Below are positions 55,961-64,000 of a stretch of 64,000 nt of DNA, piece by piece; positions within the stretch are counted from its first letter, which is position 1, and every line of letters begins with the position of its first letter. Origin of the DNA: Catajapyx aquilonaris. Its lineage: Eukaryota. The stretch is from positions 1 to 64,000 of the forward strand of contig KZ538117.1 of the NCBI GenBank assembly GCA_000934665.2, in the 5' to 3' direction. Under the pieces are notes generated by a model that ran no database searches, was not told the origin of the DNA, and saw nothing but the letters and a program-made list of their open reading frames with translations. The position numbers were made by a program, and so were the translations under genes.

Positions 55961-56941
55961 ATGCGACAATCGTCTTGATGCTTACAGTTTGATCAAATAT
56001 GGATCTAACTTCCCAAAGTCATGAAGCTTCTCTGCAACATTATACCAACTGTAAGCGAAATAGCCATTTCCCAGCCTACTATTCGCAACTCCCTGTACCT
56101 TTTTCCCATAGGCCTTGGGTCAGCCGGCCGTAAAGTAGAAAGCGACGTGCGCGTGGCATTTTGCACCGTGTCGGACAGTGTATAGTTTTTATTAACACCC
56201 GGCGGAGGCAGAAAGGTTGCTAGCGAGAGTTTATTTATTCCCTGGCAGAACCATTTCCGGCGAGAGGGAGAGAGCAAATTGCTCGCTCATCCAGTCCGTT
56301 TTAATTGCCGGCAAGTCCCCGCGACCGTGTAGCCTACTGGATTAATTAATTTGATTTGGCTAGGCCAAAATTACTCTTCTAATGCTTGCGGTCCATTTCG
56401 GGCACATGTCACCGGCGGATCCTACATGCGGAAAGGATTAGCCCGCTCTGCAAAACTTTTGCTGGTACATGTATGCAGGGTACGGGGAGGGTTGGTGGGT
56501 CACATCGCGCACGCTCATCCGCCCCCGCTCACAATCTCAAGCGGAAACAAAAATAACTAGCTGAGGGACAGTGGGGACGCTGGCTCACTAATTCAAGCAA
56601 TGACTTGCGCGGGAGGAGTGGGGGATGGAGCGAGAGAAGGGTCGGGGAGGTATGGCGTCCCCACACCCCAACCCTGCCTAATGTCGTTTGTCAGCGGATT
56701 GGATTCCTAGATTCAGCTAGTTGCTGGTTCCCACCTTCTTGCGTGACGCGTCTTGCTCGTTTCGATCTAAGTGAATCAGTGGCGGTGCGGTATGGGGTGC
56801 ACGTGGCATATAAGGACAGGGTTCATTTGATGGGTAGGATATATGAGTGGGCACCTTAGACACGTGTTTCAAGGGATTTCTCATGCAAGCCCAATAGTAT
56901 GTTTATGGTATGGTGAGGTTTGAATAGCGGTTTAGAGGTAA

Positions 56942-57283
56942 AGCCCGTTTCAAGGTGTGAGCGATTTGACGAGCGAAGTCTTCCCCGAACATCAGAGTAA
57001 CCCAAGAAATCAGTATTGTTTGAGGCGAAAATACATTGTTACTTTCATCTCAAACAATATTGGTTACTTCGCTCCGTTTCGCTTGTCAAATCGCTCACAT
57101 GTAAACGCACCTTCACAAAAATAAAATAAAAATGGCGCGCAGTAAATGGCGCGCGGTGCGGTAAATTCTTCCCGGCCTGTTCTTGCCGCGCGGCATATTT
57201 TTGTCGCGCCCCAAGCCCTGCCGGACGCGGCAAAAATTTTGTCAACTGCACGGCAACAGCAAAATCTTTTTGTGAAACGGCCT
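56942..57283. mobile_element. PIF/Harbinger-like MITE (outer element), TAA TSD, interrupted in its left TIR
   Basis: Removing 56953-57115 restores TAA|AGCCCGTTTCACAAAAA, which mirrors the right end TTTTTGTGAAACGGCCT|TAA. Confidence 0.75.
56953..57112. mobile_element. PIF/Harbinger-like MITE (inner element), 3-bp TCA TSD
   Basis: TCA at 56950-56952 and 57113-57115. Ends read AGGTG…CACCT and the arms TGTGAGCGATTTGACRAGCGAA are inverted. The left TIR lacks 10 bp. Confidence 0.78.
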
Positions 57284-58985
57284 TAATTGGTTGTGTGTGT
57301 GTGTGTGGGAGGGGCGGGGGTTAGGCTAAAAAAAACCAGCAATGTACCCTGTATATGATTCATTTCTGCCCAAGGAGCTACGTTTCTTTTCTGCATCATG
57401 ATGGAGTTTTGGAAAATTTAACTAAAAATTGTGCAATTGCAATTAAAGTACCAGCTAATAATAAGACTATGACTGCTGTAAAAATATACAGGGCTTTTCT
57501 CTGCCCACGTTGATGATTTGGGGAAGGGGAATATTTGATTGTAGTCACTACTGGTCTGAGTTTCTACTACATACCTGACTAGGAACAAGATTTGGGACTT
57601 CCTTTACCGTTCTGCATGCCGCCGACATTGTTTACATCGCCAGGGGTGACTAATCCATTAACCTTTTTACTTTCTCCCTCCCCTTCGGATCGTCAATTTG
57701 GGTAGATAAACACCTTGTATACTAATTATAATTTGTGCCCACTGTCTCCGAGAACATGTTAATATTACAGTTAATGCGTAGTAGACTATAGGTTTCCCTC
57801 ACGATGCTAAAATATATCTACACTATTTTAACAGGCTGCCATCTCGGGCAGAGATGGTGAAAATTCTTGCGGGTCTCCCGGGGCGTGATTTTGAGCTCAA
57901 AAGAGAGCGGGCGTCCACCCGCTAATTCCCTGCGCTGTCCGATATTGTGACGACTGTTGTCATTGTTGTGAGCGAGTGACACGGACCATGCGGCTGGTCT
58001 CACTGCCCGGGGTCTGCCTGCATATACTGTATAAGTGATGCATGTATAAGTGATGAGGGCGGTTAGAAGAGTTTCTTAAAAGTGACATATTCACCACATC
58101 ATAATTTTAAATTGAGGTTGAAATGATGGAGAAATAATCGGGGGGTGCAAGGACCACCAAAATTGGACAGTGGAATTCCCTTGTATGCTCATAACATACA
58201 GTATTTATTCCTGAAGCCTTCGACCATACAGTACATTCCATCACCGAACAACAAATTATTAAAACCGTTGAAAATGTTTATTATTCATTCTACAAATAGG
58301 CACAGGAGCACTTTTGCTTTGCACAATACAGTTTGGACGAATGGTATGCAACAGTATTTTTGAACGCTATATTTATTCTCATAAAACTTGCATCGCAGTA
58401 GTTGTCTCAGTACGTGGCGAGTAGCGCACAAGTCGATAACAAACTGGACACGAACCGCAATGCAAGCAGAAGGGAAAGAATGAATATCGCTGGAGCTGAA
58501 CTATAACTTAAGTCCTGGCGAAGGTAGTAGATAGGTAACCGTTTGGGAGAGAGGAGAATGAATCCAGTATATTCGAGGCACGCCGCGCCCGTTACTGTAC
58601 GCTACACGTGAGAGAAGAGCTCTCCATTTCCACCCATCTCTCGATCAAAGAGCCCGCAATGGAAATCAATAGCAGGTATCGGATTGCATCTCTCGCTAGG
58701 CGAAACCCTCCCCTACCCACCCTCAACTTTGCCCCTCTCAAACCTTGGTTGCGTCTGCTCTGCCGTGCCTTTGGGCCTAAAATACTAGTCTTTGTTCTGG
58801 ATGGACTATTATTGCCTTCCTATTGTCAAAAGAGATCATGATTGATTCGGAATCGTGCAATTCATATACCGGTTCTTAGATATTGTGGCTTCCAGATTCA
58901 CCTCAAATCTCAAATGCATTACTAGAAAAATATATTTTGAATGAACCAAAATAGTGCATTTAACCTAATCTGAAGGTTAATAATA

Positions 58986-59316
58986 CACGGTGTTTCAACT
59001 TTTATGTCCGAACAGTTATCGGAAAATTGCACGTAGCTGCTACTTTGTAAGCGGTGACTTGCAAATAGTGATTTTTTTTGAAGAACGGGGAATATTATGC
59101 GAATCGTAGGTTGAAGTGGCATACGTGTTGCCCGCTGAAAATTGAGGGCCAAGCCTGGAAAAAGAGGGTCACACATGCCATGGGATGTGTGACACTCTTT
59201 CTCCCCATTCCCCATTCCTCCTACAAATGACCGGTTGCAAGTCACTGCTTACAAAGTAGCAGCTACATGCAATTTTCCGATAATAACTGTTCGGACAAAA
59301 TAGTTGAAACACCCTG
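58986..59316. mobile_element. MITE family A, copy 3 (opposite orientation, variant subfamily)
   Basis: Ends read TA|CACGGTGTTTCAACT…AGTTGAAACACCCTG|TA. The interior is the reverse complement of copy 2's interior. Confidence 0.92.
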
Positions 59317-60422
59317 TATAGGTCTTGCTCAAACATTTGTTTGTTGAAGACATTAAGTTACTTCCCGATGGATAAGCCAACTGCATTTCCAACACTGTTT
59401 TGATTATTCCATTTGTAATATACACAGTAATATTAACTGATTAATCAGCTCTGTAGTAATGAGTAACGGTTATAAAACTTCCTGACTGATGACTAAATGG
59501 TATTCATCAGAGATTTACAAATAGTCTGAATTCCCCCTCCCCTCCCCCCCAATCTTTCCAACCCCTTTAACTTTCTGCGCATGTAAAACAAGCTTCAGGC
59601 ATCACCCAGAAGCAACAGAAAGGCAATGAGATTATGATAAAGATCCATGAGAATTTCTGCTCGTAATAAACTTTATACCTCCTGCAGCTTAGCAGCAGTT
59701 TTAATTGAATAACTCCGTGGAGATTAATCCCCTTCCTCCATCCCCTTCCTCCCTTCCATCCCTTCCTCCCCCGGCTCAACTTCCGCCACAGATATTAAGA
59801 CTGTTTGGTATGCATCTGTCTTCCTGGCCACTCCTTCGTTGTCCGTCTGTTCCGTTTTTTTTTTGCGCATGATTTTCCGGATCGTGCGGCACATTTTCAA
59901 TTAATCCTCCGCTTCCATATTCCCCCCCCCCCAAAAAAAAAACCCGGGCCCACAAACAAACGCAGGGTAAATAAGTAAAGCGAAATTGTTCGGATTAAAG
60001 AACCAGTTTCTGACAGGGCCGTATATATAGGGACCGGTGCTAGTGTATGCAAAAATCGGAATTGCAGCCTCCGTAGAGGAATTATTCAACTATGTCATTA
60101 TTAATTCCGGCTGCAGAAGACTCAACGTCAGATTTTCGGCTGAACTGTGGGGGCCCCTCGAAATGCGTTAATTTTTTACGCTAAATGAGCGAAATACTTT
60201 TAAACGACAAGAGCGTAATCTGACAACTTCCTGGCCAAACCCAAGTGTTGGCGGTTCTGTCGGATGGTGTGTTTTTTTTTGTCGAATTAACTGTGATTTT
60301 AACCGCACTGCAATGTTGGCAACTCTTTGTGACAAGACACCAATCGCTAATACTAATAACGGTTACTTTCTCCACAAAATTTTTAAATATTAGTATCCGC
60401 ATTTTAGTTATCTTATTGTATC

Positions 60423-60710
60423 GATGGGTGTGGTGGTTAAGGAGCCCGACTGCTAATCTGGAGGTCCTGGGTTCGAATCCCGGGACCGGCAACCCTGACC
60501 GTGGTTTTCCTCTGTACCCCCAGGATAATTCCGGGGTTGTTTCCGTATATTAGGTCACAACCATATCCTTGGTTTTCCTCTGTACCCCCAGGATAATTCC
60601 GGGGTTGTTTCCGTATATTAGGTCACAACCATATCCTTGGCCCATCCAATGGTGGTACTCCATCCCCCTAACGGAGCGCCGATTCTCCCAATGGGGTATC
60701 AATCATTTAA
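60423..60710 (+). mobile_element. tRNA-derived SINE family 1, copy 2, with a 68-bp internal tandem duplication
   Basis: Head GTGGTTAAGG…CCGACTGCTAATCTGGAGGTCCTGGGTTCGAATCCCGGGACCGGCAACCCTGACCGTGGTTTTC matches the 18404 copy. 60502-60569 is identical to 60570-60637. Boundaries are approximate and no TSD was seen. Confidence 0.85.
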
Positions 60711-63700
60711 AAAATATCAAAAGAAATAGTTATCTCATAATATTAGATTTCCGAGATAACTAATATAGTTTATCCATTTCTGCTTTTTCAGTGCGTTATT
60801 TTTTCCGCATTGGTGGCTCCAAAGATAGCGCATATTTCAACAATGCTTTTCATATAATGCAGGATGAAATAATTTTGGTCAAAACACGGCGTTAACCGTC
60901 CGTAATTTACAGATAACACGAATTAAAACATATGAGGGTTATCCCTCCAGAGGCATTGAAAGCGTCAATTGGGCGCAACTGGCGGAAAACATAGCAATGA
61001 AAAAGGCAATTAGAGCACAATATTCACACCGGAGTGTCCGCCTCACCGCGACGTGTTGACAACTAGAGTGGACCATGAGATTTAGTTCCATCCTGCTCTT
61101 GAATCGGACATCCAACCAGGCCTACCCCCCCCCCTCCCAACCTGATTTACGGCCACAGCACCATCAATTGGCCAGCAAATAAATCTGACACAGCACGTGA
61201 TAGTGACACAGCAGACTGACGCTGAAACATGGCTTATTAATGGCTGCACTGGGTGTAAAGTAAGATGTTGCTTCCCTGTTCCATCCGACGCCATCCCATC
61301 CCTTCTCGAAATGTTCCTAATGGTGGGGGCGAGCACCCCCTCCTAGAGGTCCTAATTGAAGGAGCAGCTGCACAATGTATTCTCTAATGAAGGATCTGTG
61401 GGCCTTGGGAGGAATTTCAGGAAACGTCGCGTCGTCTTGTGACACTGGTCGACCTCAGCGCCTCTGACGGACCTGTATGCAAGTATATGCCGACGAGGCT
61501 TTATCCTAACTGACAAGGGGGTGGATGGTAGCCTTGGCACTGGCGCAACTATGGTGCTGACAAGGAATGGGGAACCTGGATATTGCCAGGGGAAATGGAG
61601 AAAAGGGTACTGAGGGGAGGGATGTTAACCTAGTGATCTCGGCAGGATTTGTGTGCAAATGGCGGCCGGCTCATTATGTGGTTGGCTGATTCTTGCTTGA
61701 CAGTGTACTGTGTAACGTACGGGACGAACATAGTTCGACGCTGTATTTTTGGGATAGGTCGGGTGGTTACGGAAGTACAGTGCTTGGGACTGACTTGCTA
61801 ATGGTGTGCCCTTTGACTGCAGGCACAGTATGTCAGTGTGGACTGTACGTCACACGCTAACACTTTGCAACGCTGTATGGTAATCTCCCCGTCTTATGAT
61901 GCAATCAATATATTGCACGTAATGGATGGGAAAGCTCCGATCCGCGCAAGTTAGGTAACGGACTGTAATCCCTGTCTCTCGTGTGGATGACACGACTGGC
62001 AAGGGTGACACTATGGGCTCTCTCTAGATTGACGCGTGGGAGATGGGTGGTGAGGTTGGGTGACGCGGATGAGGTGCTATGTGATGTCAGCGATATCACA
62101 AAAAAAATTTCCAACGTCCATCCTGCCTTTGGATAGGAGTCAAGATTTTTTTCCTACCAAAATCTCGCTTTTATAAGGGTTATAAGGAATTTTTTTGAGT
62201 TCATCAGGGTGGTTGCCAGTCAGAAAAAAAGCCAAATCTATATCCCATTGTCCCGTGAAAAATACCGGCTGCTTCACATTCAGCTGGCGCGTCTGAAAGT
62301 GAAGGTGGAGGTGGAGGAAGCATGGATGGATTGACTGGGTTGCATTCAAAGAAACGAAAGCCTATATTTTGGCATTGGAAACAGCTCGGATAGAAATTTT
62401 CGGCTCACCTTGTGTTCTTATTAGGAGTTTTGTAATCATGTAAGTACGTAACGGAATGCTCATTAGCAACGCTGTTCTGATGTGTACCAAAATCTGGTTT
62501 GTTCGTTTGTACTGGGCCAGGTTGGAAGTTCTCATACATTAAACAACGTGTACAATGCAATTAGTATTAATTAATTTTCCTAACACAGCAAGTGAACAGA
62601 CTTAAAACGAAATAATGCATACTGCATTAGGGTAAATTCTGATTATCCATATGACAACACGATGCCAGTTACTGCGATGAGCTCATTTTTAAAACTCACT
62701 CTAAAATGTGATGCTGTTAGTATTTTAAATAATATATCAACTAAAAGTAGCCTGCACTACCTTCAACCACAGTCTGCATTATGATTGTGATTATTATGCA
62801 TATTCCGCGCGAATATGAGGGGGAATGTGTAAAAGAGTATGCTACCGATATATAACAATATTTGCATAGTGGACTAGTGGAGTGCTCATAATTGGCGCAT
62901 GGATAAGCGATGCAGTGTTGCAAAATTAAACGGTATGAATAATAAGATATCACGTACTTCGAAGCAGGGAATGCAAATAAATGTACATACCCTGTGAAGG
63001 ACATGTAGAATATTATTAAACGCTGGTGTGTATACGAATATATTGTTTGACGTCTGTTATGGAATGTGAGTCTATACTGTCTAAATGATCAGTATCGGAC
63101 TACTTGAAACCTGTCTTTACACGCCGTAAATTCAGGTACAAACTAATGAACAGATATTCAATACTCTTGATAAGCCATATGTCCGCTCAGAACGCGTTAG
63201 GCCTGTGGCGTTCCTATAAGGCTGGCTATAGACATTACATATTTTGCAGAACAATAGTGGCAGGAACATCTGTCTGTGTCAGTGTCTGTATATGTGTGGT
63301 TGTTTTAAAATGTTGCGGAGTTGAACCTTGGATGTATAGACTACATTTTGCCATCTCCAGGTTCTCCCAATTAATTGACTGCTTTAATTTGTGCATTGTG
63401 AAGTGTCTACAGGATATTAATATGTTCTACCCAGATGTTGCTACCAAAAGAAGAGTGTCATTTTCTGGAACAATGCAACGATCATCAGTATTGTTCACAT
63501 ACAAGTAGCTGGATGTTATTTAGCATGAAGCACACATGAGAGCTCACTAATAATAATTGCTGTAATTGATATTTCAAATTATTACTTAATTAAATGATGT
63601 CAGCATGTATAGTCCCCTTCAGCTGAATAGTGTTAGATAATAACAGTTGGAAATATCTGAATCACTGTAATTTTGACAAAAAATGTTTATATAGAGCTAC

Positions 63701-64000
63701 TAGATTTTTCTGCACCCACACAAAGCTGATTACGAGGCTGACCTGAAGCTCTCCAAATTTTTTTCTACCACATCTTGTGCGGTAGTCAGCAATACCCCCA
63801 CGATTTCACCCCTGGAGAATGCGCAAAGCTTCCCATTCTGTTGGCACCCGAAATGAGGCAGCGGGCTTAACCTTTCCACGCTGCGCCGGGTATGCGTGTG
63901 AGTGTCTATCCCTGTGTGTGTGTGTGGATGTTTGTTTGTTGGTTGGTGTGCGCCGACTCATCAAAGTTATTTTGATCGTTACTTAGGGGTCCCTGCAATC

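Overview
This is eukaryotic, moderately AT-rich DNA from an animal, probably an invertebrate and possibly an arthropod (inferred from the repeat types only). It is essentially non-coding. No ORF in the track resembles a protein I can recognise, and there is no prokaryotic gene organisation, rRNA or CRISPR array. The supportable content is mostly small non-autonomous mobile elements: (1) about 20 fold-back MITE copies or candidates with TA, TAA/TCA or TTAA target-site duplications (Tc1/mariner/pogo-, PIF/Harbinger-, Kolobok-, CACTA- and hAT-like ends), including one nested pair; (2) one non-autonomous Helitron; (3) two tRNA-derived SINE families with two copies each; (4) microsatellites and small assembly gaps. 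A GC-rich block at about 2.9-3.6 kb looks like a promoter and first exon with a splice donor, so the rest of the window may be one very large intron with recurring enhancer-like islands (inference). I found no convincing new multi-gene system. The most interesting signals are a SINE family whose copies show compensatory base pairing in the head and 3' tail, and MITEs that carry perfect CRE (TGACGTCA) sites and show arm-symmetric divergence. All coordinates were read by eye and may be off by a few bases.
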